Shown piece by piece: positions 21,539-31,053 of a DNA stretch of 64,000 bases. The stretch is taken from the NCBI RefSeq assembly GCF_039770275.1, contig NZ_JBDMYO010000012.1. The stretch is one strand, 5' to 3'. The notes under the pieces were generated by a model. It was not told the DNA's origin and searched no databases. It saw only the letters and a list, made by a program, of their open reading frames with translations. The position numbers and the translations under genes were made by a program. The first letter of the stretch is position 1; every line of letters begins with the position of its first letter. The DNA comes from Nonlabens sp. (GTDB lineage: Bacteria > Bacteroidota > Bacteroidia > Flavobacteriales > Flavobacteriaceae).

Positions 21539-22379
21539 TTCTCACGCACTTCATCATTCTATAATTACCGTTCAAATCTTGGAAAATCTCAGAATCAAAA
21601 CCTAGTCCTTGAGCTAATTTTCTCATTTCTTCTGGCAAATATTGGTTGATTTCAAGATATAGTGTTCCTTCAGGTTTTAACGCTTTTTGAGCTAGTTTTA
21701 AAATCTTAGAGTAAAATATTAGTGGATCATGATCTTCTACAAATAATGCAAGGTGTGGTTCATGTTCTAATACATTAGAATGAATTTCTTCTTTCTCCAT
21801 GTTCCTCACATACGGTGGATTACTTACTATGATCTCATATTTCTCAGGCAATTCATCTAAAGTCAAGACATCTTGTAAAATAGTTTTTACAGGAGTTTTC
21901 AAATGATTTGCATTTGATTGAGCAGTGGCGAGCGCTTCTTCAGAAACATCCATTAGTGTAACGATACAATCAGGCTTTAATGCTTTAAGAGATAATCCTA
22001 TACAGCCAGTTCCTGTTCCTATGTCGATAATATTCAAATAAGATGCTGCTTTATGATCCTTGATGATCATATCGACCAGTTCTTCTGTTTCTTGTCTCGG
22101 TATCAACGTATGTTCATTAACAGTAAACTCGTGTCCGTAGAAATGGGCTTTTCCGGTTATGTATTGAATTGGTTTTGAAGTGCGCAGTTCTTTTAGAGAC
22201 TTTTGTAAAATTTCTTCTTGAAGATGGGTCAGCTTTTCTCGATCTTTTATTATGAAATCAGATCGTGACCAGTTCAATAAGTCTTCACAAACAATTTGTA
22301 GAATGCTGTGGATCTCATTTTCTGGATAGATTGGTGCGAGTTGTTGTTGGTAAAGGGATTTTACTTGATTTAATGTCAT
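21534..22379 (-). CDS. prmC: Release factor glutamine methyltransferase
   Basis: PIQYITG, LIPRQETEELV, DIGTGTGCI, VSNPPY. Confidence 0.95.
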   Translation of the reverse strand: MTLNQVKSLYQQQLAPIYPENEIHSILQIVCEDLLNWSRSDFIIKDREKLTHLQEEILQKSLKELRTSKPIQYITGKAHFYGHEFTVNEHTLIPRQETEELVDMIIKDHKAASYLNIIDIGTGTGCIGLSLKALKPDCIVTLMDVSEEALATAQSNANHLKTPVKTILQDVLTLDELPEKYEIIVSNPPYVRNMEKEEIHSNVLEHEPHLALFVEDHDPLIFYSKILKLAQKALKPEGTLYLEINQYLPEEMRKLAQGLGFDSEIFQDLNGNYRMMKCVRN

Positions 22380-22582
22380 TTTGTAAAGTTAAATATGATA
22401 TCTGGTATAAAAACATAAATTCAATAATAACAGTTATGTTCCTTTTGCCATTGCCGCAAAAACGAACCAAAAAAGTCTAGGCTGTGGAACACCTGTCTAA
22501 AAATTTCAATATGCTTGCTAAAGAAAATACCTAGGTCTATGAATTAATAGTTAAAAGAATAAGAATGATTGCCTGTGAAACT

Positions 22583-22606
22583 GTTCTCGACTGCGCTCGA
22601 AATGAC
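22583..22606 (-). repeat. REP-like element (GTCA-tagged)
   Basis: Reverse complement GTCATTTCGAGCGCAGTCGAGAAC. Confidence 0.75.
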
Positions 22607-22617
22607 ATTGAGATAAT

Positions 22618-22646
22618 TTAAAGCAGATTCCGCATCGAGTGCGGAA
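22618..22646. repeat. REP-like hairpin, direct repeat of 21473-21501
   Basis: 29-bp identity; lies just downstream of the GNAT stop codon. Confidence 0.8.
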
Positions 22647-22648
22647 AT

Positions 22649-23125
22649 TCAGAATTTTAAAAGCATTTGCACAGGACATGAAAAATGACCTGTATCACCT
22701 AAGGATCCATCGAGTAGTTGAAAACCTACATGTTTATAAAGCCCTTGTGCATCGTACATATTATCCATGGTTTCTAGGTAAACGCTTTCAAATTTTAATT
22801 CTTTGGCATTTTTTAGACACGTCATCATCAATTTCTTACCGTATCCTTTACCTCTAACTTCTGGTTTAAAGTACATTTTTTGAAGTTCGCTTACGTTACC
22901 ATTATAATTGTCTAATGGTGCAATTCCTGCACCACCTAAAACTATTCCATCAATTTCAAGGACATAGTAAGTTCTGCGAGGTTTTTGATACTGCTCATAC
23001 ATGGCTTGCGTCGCTGCATCACTATATGCAGTTCCTATTTTAGGTGCTCCATGCTCCACTATGGAAGCTTGAATAATCTCTTTAATGGCTTGATTATCTT
23101 TGGGAAGTATTTTACGAATTTTCAT
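22649..23125 (-). CDS. GNAT acetyltransferase (YjgM-like)
   Basis: ELQKMYF.PEVRGKGYG acetyl-CoA binding motif, VYLET. Confidence 0.88.
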   Translation of the reverse strand: MKIRKILPKDNQAIKEIIQASIVEHGAPKIGTAYSDAATQAMYEQYQKPRRTYYVLEIDGIVLGGAGIAPLDNYNGNVSELQKMYFKPEVRGKGYGKKLMMTCLKNAKELKFESVYLETMDNMYDAQGLYKHVGFQLLDGSLGDTGHFSCPVQMLLKF

Positions 23126-23190
23126 ATAACAAAGTTAGATATATGAGATTAGAAATTACACTATGAAAAAAATAAATCTAGGTACAAATC

Positions 23191-23213
23191 GACTTCGACA
23201 AGCTCAGTCTGAC
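23191..23213 (-). repeat. REP-like element (GTCA-tagged variant)
   Basis: Reverse complement GTCAGACTGAGCTTGTCGAAGTC; same tag and hairpin plan as 21428 and 22583. Confidence 0.65.
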
Positions 23214-23276
23214 ATCTAGGTTTGTTTTTGAATTTATTTTTGATTTTGGTTTTAATTAGGTCTTACCTTTGTCCAG

Positions 23277-24290
23277 ATGAGTACTTACAAAACATACATG
23301 CAACGTTGCTTGCAATTGGCACAAAATGGTTTAGGAACTACATATCCTAATCCGCTAGTGGGAAGTATGATTGTTTCTGAAAATGACGAAATTCTTGGTG
23401 AAGGATGGCATAGGAAATCTGGAGAACCACATGCTGAGGTAAACGCGGTGCTGGATGCAGAAAAAAAAGGTTATGGTGAAGACGCTTTCGCGAAAGCGAC
23501 ACTATACGTCAACCTAGAACCATGCTCACATACTGGAAAAACGCCTCCTTGTGCATCCATGATTGTGCAAAAAGGCTTTAAAAAAGTAGTCATAGGAACG
23601 CTAGATCCACATGATAAAGTAGCTGGAAAAGGAGTTGCCTTATTAAAAGAAGCTGGAATTGAAGTTGTAGTAGGTATTTTGAAAACTGAATGTAACGCAC
23701 TTAACAAACGTTTCTTTACTTTTCACAAAGATCAACGTCCCTATATTATATTAAAATGGGCCGAAACCGCTGATGGGTTTATAGCACCAGCGACTAAAAA
23801 CAAACAACAACCAGTCTGGATAACCAATAAGTACTCGAGACAATTATCACACCAACTGAGAGCATCAGAAAACGCAATATTAGTAGGCGCTAAAACCATT
23901 CTTGATGACAATCCGTCACTTACTTGTCGCGACTGGTCTGGCAATAATCCTACTAGAGTAGTACTAGATTCTAGAAAAAGCATCACAACAGATTATCGTG
24001 TAATGGATGATACTGCACCTACACTACATTTTAAAATGAGTTCTCATCAACCATTAGAAATAGTCAACCAGCTTTATAAAAATAATATACAATCTGTTAT
24101 CATAGAAGGAGGAACTAGAACTATTCAATCATTTATAGATGCTGGTTTATGGGATGAAGCTTATCAATTTACGGGAACTGAAGTATTATTCTTTAAAGGA
24201 TTAAAAGCACCTATATTAAGTGGCAATTACCATATCGTATCGCGGCAAATCATCGAGAATGATGTGCTTAAAATTTATCGTCATACATGA
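23277..24290 (+). CDS. ribD: Riboflavin biosynthesis deaminase/reductase
   Basis: PNPLVG, HAE, LEPC.H.GKTPPC zinc motif, DNPSLTCR, IEGG. Confidence 0.95.
   Translation: MSTYKTYMQRCLQLAQNGLGTTYPNPLVGSMIVSENDEILGEGWHRKSGEPHAEVNAVLDAEKKGYGEDAFAKATLYVNLEPCSHTGKTPPCASMIVQKGFKKVVIGTLDPHDKVAGKGVALLKEAGIEVVVGILKTECNALNKRFFTFHKDQRPYIILKWAETADGFIAPATKNKQQPVWITNKYSRQLSHQLRASENAILVGAKTILDDNPSLTCRDWSGNNPTRVVLDSRKSITTDYRVMDDTAPTLHFKMSSHQPLEIVNQLYKNNIQSVIIEGGTRTIQSFIDAGLWDEAYQFTGTEVLFFKGLKAPILSGNYHIVSRQIIENDVLKIYRHT
23483..23498. repeat. Palindrome copy (perfect) inside ribD, encodes DAFAKAT
   Basis: Direct match. Confidence 0.95.
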
Positions 24291-25153
24291 TTTGGCTCGT
24301 TTTAAGTATTGTTATTTCCAGTTTTTTGTATGTCATCTTTAAATATTTTCAGGTTTTTAAAGTAAACACCCTACATGCAATCATTGTAAATTACCTCGTT
24401 GCTTGCGCGACTGGTTTTATAGCTTATGGTAGCGTTCCTAATTTAGAAAATATAATAGGTGCGTCCTGGTTGTACTATGCGCTTTTTCTAGGAGCTCTTT
24501 TCATAACCATATTCAATATTATGGCACTTACTAGTCAGAAAAATGGCTTATCTGTTGCTGCTGTATCGAGTAAGATGTCATTAGTAATACCTGTACTAAC
24601 TGGTTTTTGGTTGTATAATGAATCGATAGGCTGGATTAAATTTCTAGGTATATTTCTAGCACTATCATCTGTTTACTTAAGTTCGATTAAATCTAAAAAT
24701 GGTTTAAAACTAGATAAAGGATTATTGATCTTACCGGTTCTGTTATTTTTAGGTAGCGGTATTATTGATACCACCTTAAAATATGCAGAAAAAACTCATG
24801 TTCCCAATGGAGATGAACCTCTTTTCAGCGCTATTTGTTTTGCAACGGCTTTCATCATAGGCTTATGCGTGTTAATATATGAAGCTAGTAAAAAACGATT
24901 TCTTAACTCTACATCAATTATCGCTGGAGTTGCTTTAGGAATACCAAATTACTTTTCTATATTCTTTATTATTAAAGCACTTAAAAGTGGCATAGAGAGC
25001 AGTATTTTGTTTCCTATAAATCATGTAGGAACGGTACTTTTAACAACGGTATTCGGTGTACTTATCTTTAATGAACGACTCATCCCTAAAAACTATTTAG
25101 GCATTGCACTAGCCATGATAGCTATTGTTGTAATCGCTTTCGCGAAAGCGTGA
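24287..25153 (+). CDS. EamA/DMT family transporter
   Basis: About 10 hydrophobic helices in two repeats; ATGA overlap with ribD. Confidence 0.8.
   Translation: MIWLVLSIVISSFLYVIFKYFQVFKVNTLHAIIVNYLVACATGFIAYGSVPNLENIIGASWLYYALFLGALFITIFNIMALTSQKNGLSVAAVSSKMSLVIPVLTGFWLYNESIGWIKFLGIFLALSSVYLSSIKSKNGLKLDKGLLILPVLLFLGSGIIDTTLKYAEKTHVPNGDEPLFSAICFATAFIIGLCVLIYEASKKRFLNSTSIIAGVALGIPNYFSIFFIIKALKSGIESSILFPINHVGTVLLTTVFGVLIFNERLIPKNYLGIALAMIAIVVIAFAKA
25135..25150. repeat. Palindrome copy (perfect) forming the last five codons (AFAKA*) of the EamA gene
   Basis: GCT TTC GCG AAA GCG TGA. Confidence 0.95.
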
Positions 25154-25254
25154 TAAAAAAAGCCTTTCTAAAAAAGCATTTAAAGACTTTTATTAAAAAG
25201 TATTGCTACCACAACTAGATAAAATCATCTAGTTTATTTTTCTTTGTAGCAATC

Positions 25255-25860
25255 ATGAAAGACTCCTATAAAACTATAGTAAAGCCAACGGAGGAAACAC
25301 TCTACAAAGACCGTGGTAGTAAATTCTATGGATATGCGTTTCCTTTAACAACTGACGAAGAAGTAAATGATCTGATAGCACCTTTGCGCAATATCCACCC
25401 TAAGGCTGGTCACCATTGTTATGCCTGGAAACTAGGTCCTGGTGAGGATAATTACAGAGCAAATGACGATGGAGAACCTAGTCATAGCGCTGGAGACCCA
25501 ATCTTAGGCCAGATCAATTCTTATGAGTTGAGCGATGTTCTTGTAGTAGTTTCAAGGATATTTGGTGGTACTAAATTAGGTGTAGGAGGATTGATATCTG
25601 CTTATAGAGAAACGGCTAGAATCGCCCTTAGCAATTCAAAAATTATCACCAGAACTATAACAGCAAGAGTAGAAATTCATTTTGAATATCCACAAATGAG
25701 TCAGGTTATGCGCTTTATAGATGAACATAACTTTAGAATAGAGCATCAAGAGTTAACGACCACCTGTTTTATGACCATTGCTGTACCAAAGTCAAGACAA
25801 AAAGAAGTTGCAGACCTTATAAACACAATGTATCCCATATCAGCAAAAATACGTGCTTAA
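25255..25860 (+). CDS. yigZ: IMPACT/YigZ family protein
   Basis: HHCYAW, DDGEP.HSAG.PIL, VVSRIFGGTKLGVGGL. Confidence 0.9.
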   Translation: MKDSYKTIVKPTEETLYKDRGSKFYGYAFPLTTDEEVNDLIAPLRNIHPKAGHHCYAWKLGPGEDNYRANDDGEPSHSAGDPILGQINSYELSDVLVVVSRIFGGTKLGVGGLISAYRETARIALSNSKIITRTITARVEIHFEYPQMSQVMRFIDEHNFRIEHQELTTTCFMTIAVPKSRQKEVADLINTMYPISAKIRA

Positions 25861-26402
25861 GGTACTATCCATTGTCCTTTCCAGTCGTTTTGGATTTTGA
25901 AGATAGCACGTAAATGATTAGGACGTTTAAGTCTTAAATACTCTACTGCATGTGGAATAAATCTAAAAGGCTTGAAGTGGTTCTCTTTTCTAGCGACATA
26001 CTCTACATCATCAGGGTTTTCAATTGCACTACCAGGTGCTTGTAATGTCGTGTAATCTTTAATCGCTTTCTCAGAAACTTTTTGAAATAATCTTTTTATT
26101 TCATCAGGGTCATCAATTTGCACTAGAATTCCATCTAGTCTTAATTGCATGAGCTTTTTAGGATGGTAAGCAAGTATACAGGCATTTTCATTTGAATTGA
26201 CATCAGATACTTTTACAGATCTTGAGTCTGTAAAAATTATACATTCTAGAGATTCTGAAATTTCCCTCAACACCACAGTTCTTGAACGTGGCGTATTTTG
26301 TTCATTAACCGTTGATAAAGTCACATATTTAAAAGGGTGCTTTTTCTTATGCATCGCAGCTCTTAATTCAAGTTTTAATTCGCTGAATAATTCTTGTAAC
26401 AT
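25857..26402 (-). CDS. Pyridoxamine 5'-phosphate oxidase family (FMN split barrel)
   Basis: HPF..VTLST, PRSRTVVLR, FTDSRSVK. Start placed at ATG 26402; the ORF-track GTG at 26426 is also possible. Confidence 0.8.
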   Translation of the reverse strand: MLQELFSELKLELRAAMHKKKHPFKYVTLSTVNEQNTPRSRTVVLREISESLECIIFTDSRSVKVSDVNSNENACILAYHPKKLMQLRLDGILVQIDDPDEIKRLFQKVSEKAIKDYTTLQAPGSAIENPDDVEYVARKENHFKPFRFIPHAVEYLRLKRPNHLRAIFKIQNDWKGQWIVP

Positions 26403-26428
26403 AGTATTGATAATATTTGTTGACACCT

Positions 26429-26444
26429 CGCTTTCGCGAAAGCG
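26429..26444. repeat. Palindrome copy (perfect, intergenic)
   Basis: Direct match. Confidence 0.95.
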
Positions 26445-26465
26445 GATGTATAAAATTACCCAAAG

Positions 26466-26885
26466 TTAAAATAATCGTTGACATGCTTCTACAAATTCTG
26501 GAATAGGTTTTCTCGGTCTAAAAGTATGAGCATCTGTAAAAACCAAAGTGAGGTCACAAGTAGCACATATTACATCACAATTGTTAACTATTTCATACTC
26601 AAAAACGACTCTTGCTGTAGGTAGTGCCTTTAATCGAACTTTCACCGAGATTACGTCATCAAATTTAATTGGCTTTTTGTACACTATATCGATTTTATAA
26701 ACCGGTAAAAGAATACCTTCTTTTTCCATTTTTTCATAGGAAAAACCTAGGCTGCTTAACCATGCTAATCTCGCTTGCTCCATGTATATCAAGTAGTTAG
26801 AATGATGAATTATACCCATTTGATCTGTTTCTGAGTATCTAGGCGAAATATTAATTTTAAAAAAAGACATAATTTTAGGGTTCAA
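26466..26885 (-). CDS. Acyl-CoA thioesterase (YbgC-like)
   Basis: RYSETDQMGIIHHSNY..YMEQAR hotdog motif. Confidence 0.88.
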   Translation of the reverse strand: MNPKIMSFFKINISPRYSETDQMGIIHHSNYLIYMEQARLAWLSSLGFSYEKMEKEGILLPVYKIDIVYKKPIKFDDVISVKVRLKALPTARVVFEYEIVNNCDVICATCDLTLVFTDAHTFRPRKPIPEFVEACQRLF

Positions 26886-26967
26886 ATATTTGGTTATAAA
26901 TAAAAGAAAAACATTTGCAACTTTTTTTTAAGAAATCAAACTAAAAATAAATTTTTTTTAAGCTTTT

Positions 26968-26976
26968 TTATACACA
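26968..26976 (+). promoter_or_regulatory. DnaA box in the dnaA promoter region
   Basis: TTATACACA matches TTATNCACA; overlaps a near-consensus -7 element (CATATTTG, 26975-26982). Confidence 0.5.
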
Positions 26977-27065
26977 TATTTGTGATCTATTAAAAAGAAG
27001 TATTCCGACTCTGATTTCCACTTTTTTGATAGTACCAACCTTAACATTCAAAATTAATCTGATTT

Positions 27066-28493
27066 ATGGCAGCTACAGCAGCATCGGTATGGGAAAATTG
27101 CCTAGTTTTTATAAAGGATAATATAGCTTTACAAGCATACAAAACCTGGTTCGCTCCAATTAAGCCTGTAAAGCTAACGGATACCGCTCTAAGTATTCAA
27201 GTCCCCAGTCGTTTTTTTTACGAATGGTTAGAAGAGCATTATATTAAGTTATTGAAAGCCGCCCTTACTCGTGAGTTAGGTGAAGGTGCAAAATTAATTT
27301 ATGCGATCAGAATGGAAAACCCTACAAAGGGTATGGAAGCGTTTACTGAAAAAATCCCTAGTAGTAATCGATCTATTAATAATTCACAATCTGTCGACGC
27401 ACCAGTAAGAAGCAAAAGCCCAGAACTTAAAAATCCATTTATAATTCCTGGAATTAGAAATGTAAAGATAGAATCGCAACTTAATCCTTCTTATAATTTT
27501 GAAACTTTTTTAGAAGGAGACTCTAACAGGTTAGCACGTAGTGCAGGAATGGCAGTTGCTAACAAACCTGGTGGCACGTCTTTTAACCCTTTATTGATAT
27601 TTGGTGGTGTAGGTTTAGGAAAAACACACCTTGCCCACGCCATAGGTGTAGGAATTAAAGAAAATTATCCAGACAAGACCGTACTATATATTAGTGCAGA
27701 AAAATTCACACAACAATATATAGAGTCTGTGCGAAAGAATAATAGAAATGATTTTATTCATTTTTATCAAATTGTGGATGTTCTAATTGTAGATGACATT
27801 CAATTCTTTGCTGGTAAAGCAAGTACTCAAGATGTTTTCTTTCATATTTTCAATCATTTGCATCAAAACGGTAAGCAAGTTATACTTACCAGTGATAAGA
27901 AACCTGTCGACATGCAAGACATCGAGCAGCGCTTGTTATCTCGATTTAAATGGGGTCTAAGTGCAGAGCTTAATCATCCGGATTATGAAACTCGTGTTTC
28001 TATAATTCAAAACAAATTATATCGCGATGGTGTAGAAATGGATGAAGATGTCATCCATTACCTTGCTGATAATATTAAAACAAACATTAGAGAACTGGAA
28101 GGAGCCATTATTTCATTAATTGCACACTCTTCATTCAATCGCAAGGACATTACCATAGAACTAGCTCGTAAGATTGTAGAAAATTACGTAAAGAATACAA
28201 AACGAGAAATCTCTATAGATCAAATCCAGCAAGTAGTAAGTGATTACTTCTCTATGGATGTTGAAACACTGCAGTCTAAAACACGTAAACGCCATATCGT
28301 TCAAGCTAGACAACTAGCTATGTACTTTTCTAAAAAGCTCACAAAGGCTTCTCTTGCAAGTATAGGGACGCAAATAGGTAAACGCGATCATGCGACCGTT
28401 TTACACGCTTGTAAAACAGTAGATAATCTAGCAGCAACTGATAAACAATTCAATAAATACGTAGAAGACTTGCGTAAAAAACTATCCAACTAG
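27066..28493 (+). CDS. dnaA: Chromosomal replication initiator DnaA
   Basis: FNPLLIFGGVGLGKTHL, VDDIQF, NIRELEGA, RQLAMY, RDHATVLHA. Confidence 0.98.
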   Translation: MAATAASVWENCLVFIKDNIALQAYKTWFAPIKPVKLTDTALSIQVPSRFFYEWLEEHYIKLLKAALTRELGEGAKLIYAIRMENPTKGMEAFTEKIPSSNRSINNSQSVDAPVRSKSPELKNPFIIPGIRNVKIESQLNPSYNFETFLEGDSNRLARSAGMAVANKPGGTSFNPLLIFGGVGLGKTHLAHAIGVGIKENYPDKTVLYISAEKFTQQYIESVRKNNRNDFIHFYQIVDVLIVDDIQFFAGKASTQDVFFHIFNHLHQNGKQVILTSDKKPVDMQDIEQRLLSRFKWGLSAELNHPDYETRVSIIQNKLYRDGVEMDEDVIHYLADNIKTNIRELEGAIISLIAHSSFNRKDITIELARKIVENYVKNTKREISIDQIQQVVSDYFSMDVETLQSKTRKRHIVQARQLAMYFSKKLTKASLASIGTQIGKRDHATVLHACKTVDNLAATDKQFNKYVEDLRKKLSN

Positions 28494-28500
28494 AGGTAAA

Positions 28501-28956
28501 ATGACGAACATATTAATGATATGTTTAGGTAATATTTGTAGATCTCCACTGGCCGAAGGCTTGATGAGATCTAAGCTCAATTTTACCAAATTTACAATAG
28601 ATAGCGCTGGAACAAGTGGCAGTCACAAGGGACAAGCACCTGATAAAAGATCCATTGAAATTGCAAAAAGTAATGGTCTAGATATTTCCCAACAGCAAAG
28701 TCGCAAACTAGTAAAAGAAGACTTTCAAAAGTTTGACTTTCTTTATGTCATGGATGAATCTAACTATAGGGACGTGCTGGAAATGGCAACAACAGAAGAA
28801 GAAAAGAATAAAGTTGTTAAAATACTTGACGAGCCTTTTCCTGGAGAACATCTAGATGTGCCAGATCCTTATTATGGCGGTTCAAAAGGCTTTGAAAATG
28901 TTTATAAAATGCTAGACACAGCAACTGATGTAATTGCCAAAAAGTTAGGTAATTAA
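28501..28956 (+). CDS. Low molecular weight protein-tyrosine phosphatase
   Basis: CLGNICRSP P-loop, VPDPYYG. Confidence 0.93.
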   Translation: MTNILMICLGNICRSPLAEGLMRSKLNFTKFTIDSAGTSGSHKGQAPDKRSIEIAKSNGLDISQQQSRKLVKEDFQKFDFLYVMDESNYRDVLEMATTEEEKNKVVKILDEPFPGEHLDVPDPYYGGSKGFENVYKMLDTATDVIAKKLGN

Positions 28957-28977
28957 TTTTGAATCGAATTCTGTAAA

Positions 28978-29023
28978 AATAAAGAATCCCATTAAATCGA
29001 TGATTTTAATGGGATTCTTTATT
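28978..29023. terminator. Bidirectional intrinsic terminator
   Basis: AATAAAGAATCCCATTAAA...TTTAATGGGATTCTTTATT between convergent genes. Confidence 0.8.
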
Positions 29024-29049
29024 TGATATAATCAAGGAAGATTAAATAA

Positions 29050-30105
29050 CTAACGATTTTCAGAGAATATTTTTTCTAAGGTTGTGCGTTTATCAATCTT
29101 ACCAGTATGTGTTAAGTTAAATTGATTCACAAAGTAAATTTCTTTAGGGATTTCAAATTTCCCTAATTTTTTAAATGCATGTTGTATCTCTTTTTCTTCT
29201 CCTTCAATAACTAAAATTACTTTTTGACCTAATTCTTCATCTGCTTTGCTTGAAACAAAGAAAGACTCTGTAATATGTTGGGCTAATTTTTCTTCTACTT
29301 GAACCGGATGAACTTTTACAGATCCCGTGTTGATCACATCATCTACTCTACCTAATACTCTAAATTGATTATGATCGATAATTTCAACTAGGTCATTAGT
29401 CGTTAAGGAAGTGTAAGCAAAATCTGGGGCATGAACGATCAGTTTACCTTCTTCATCTTGTTCAATAGTCACGTTCTCAACAGTAGAATAAAACTCTTCG
29501 TAGGTTGGATACAGTTCTCTAACTGCAATATGAGAAGCTGTCTCAGTCATTCCATAGGTATGATAAGCTCTTGTATGTTTACCATTAAGGTCGTTCACTA
29601 GTTTTTGAGAAACAGCGCCACCACCTATAATTACTTTTCTAGTTTTATAAATATTATCTAGTGATTTAGCCAATTGTAATGGAGACATAGCCGTAAAATC
29701 ATATCGCTTATTGGCTTTGACTAATGGCGTTGTGCTGGGTTTAACCAAGTCAAGCTGCCAGCCCAAAGTCATGGCACGCACCAACATCATTTTTCCAGCT
29801 ATATAACTTAAAGGCAAACAACATAGTGCATCTTTTTCAGCACCTATTTCAAAACGTTCACCTGTCATTACAGCACTATTGATCATGTGCTGTTTATTCA
29901 GTTTATATTCTTTAGGAATACCAGTAGAACCGCTCGTTCTAACTGTTACCACATCAAAGTTATCTAACCAGCTTAGAAGGAAATCACCTATTTGCTTTTC
30001 CCACTCTTCACCTTCTTTGATATAACTATAAGCAATAATCATGACACCTTCATGATTCAATGAGTGACCGTTTAATTTAAAAGTCGGATGTATTTTTGGG
30101 ATCAT
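29050..30105 (-). CDS. menE: O-succinylbenzoate-CoA ligase (short Bacteroidota type)
   Basis: TSGSTGIPK AMP-binding loop, YGMTETASH, GRVDDVINTG; near menC. Confidence 0.85.
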   Translation of the reverse strand: MIPKIHPTFKLNGHSLNHEGVMIIAYSYIKEGEEWEKQIGDFLLSWLDNFDVVTVRTSGSTGIPKEYKLNKQHMINSAVMTGERFEIGAEKDALCCLPLSYIAGKMMLVRAMTLGWQLDLVKPSTTPLVKANKRYDFTAMSPLQLAKSLDNIYKTRKVIIGGGAVSQKLVNDLNGKHTRAYHTYGMTETASHIAVRELYPTYEEFYSTVENVTIEQDEEGKLIVHAPDFAYTSLTTNDLVEIIDHNQFRVLGRVDDVINTGSVKVHPVQVEEKLAQHITESFFVSSKADEELGQKVILVIEGEEKEIQHAFKKLGKFEIPKEIYFVNQFNLTHTGKIDKRTTLEKIFSENR

Positions 30106-31051
30106 AAGTATTGTTTAAAGCTGGAACTTCTACTATACCAAACAATTTATCTTTCCAATTGTTCCATTTGTACTTCTTTGCAAATAAAAGGATTAAAGCT
30201 GGATAATAGATAAACATAGGGATAAATGTCATCCAGTCTGCTGTTGGGTCAGAGGTGTCAATCAATAGAGAATCTGTTTGGAAAGCCGTCCAGTCTGCGG
30301 TTACTAACAATGCAATAAAAAGATTATTTGCTGCGTGAAAACCTATAGCAAGCTCTGTTCCTTCATCCATTAAAGTAAATGTTCCTAATAAAAACCCAGT
30401 ACCTATGTACCAAATCATTACAATGTAACCCATTTTTGCTATCTCTGGATTGAAAATATGCATCAAACCAAAAATAACAGATGTAAGAATATAAGGAACA
30501 GCTCTATTACCTGTAATAATTCCCAATCCTTGCATCGCATAACTTCTAAAAAATAGTTCTTCCCAAGTAGTTTGGATAGGAACTAAAATGATAGCAATAA
30601 CTGCTAAAATGAAAAAATTAGTTGGATTAAAATTCCATATATAAACATCTGGCTCTAAGTAATAGCCCAAAAAAGTAGTAACTAAAGCAACAGTCCCAAC
30701 TACACCAAAAGCAAAAAACGCTCTGTTCCAATCAAACTTTTCTCGAGAAGTGGTCGCTTCCGTCCACGATAATTTATGAATATACTTTATCCAGATCCAC
30801 CAAGTCAAAGTACCAATAACAAAACTAAACATCAATAAAAAGAAAGTAACATTTTTTGAAAAAGTATTCATCATAGAAGTTTCATCCATAGAAGAAAGAG
30901 CTTGCGTACCGTTAGCTGAAATCTGTTCATAAAATACAGCTATTGTAAAAGGTAAAGCACCTATAAGTTGACATCCTAAAAATATTACGATAGCACCAAT
31001 AATCCATTTCCAGGCATCATGAAAACCATTTGCACCTCTTTTAATAAACAT
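30077..31051 (-). CDS. CPBP (CAAX/Abi) intramembrane metalloprotease
   Basis: EELFFR, FGLMH, H..NN motifs. Confidence 0.88.
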   Translation of the reverse strand: MFIKRGANGFHDAWKWIIGAIVIFLGCQLIGALPFTIAVFYEQISANGTQALSSMDETSMMNTFSKNVTFFLLMFSFVIGTLTWWIWIKYIHKLSWTEATTSREKFDWNRAFFAFGVVGTVALVTTFLGYYLEPDVYIWNFNPTNFFILAVIAIILVPIQTTWEELFFRSYAMQGLGIITGNRAVPYILTSVIFGLMHIFNPEIAKMGYIVMIWYIGTGFLLGTFTLMDEGTELAIGFHAANNLFIALLVTADWTAFQTDSLLIDTSDPTADWMTFIPMFIYYPALILLFAKKYKWNNWKDKLFGIVEVPALNNTYDPKNTSDF

Positions 31052-31053
31052 AT

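Noticed and set aside
21464-21649. ORF with an FKFKFKFEFKF repeat
   Set aside because: Translation of the REP hairpin and (TTCAAG)n tract, overlapping the prmC 3' end
26886-27065. oriC next to dnaA
   Set aside because: Only one good DnaA box; no box cluster or clear unwinding element; dnaN is not adjacent
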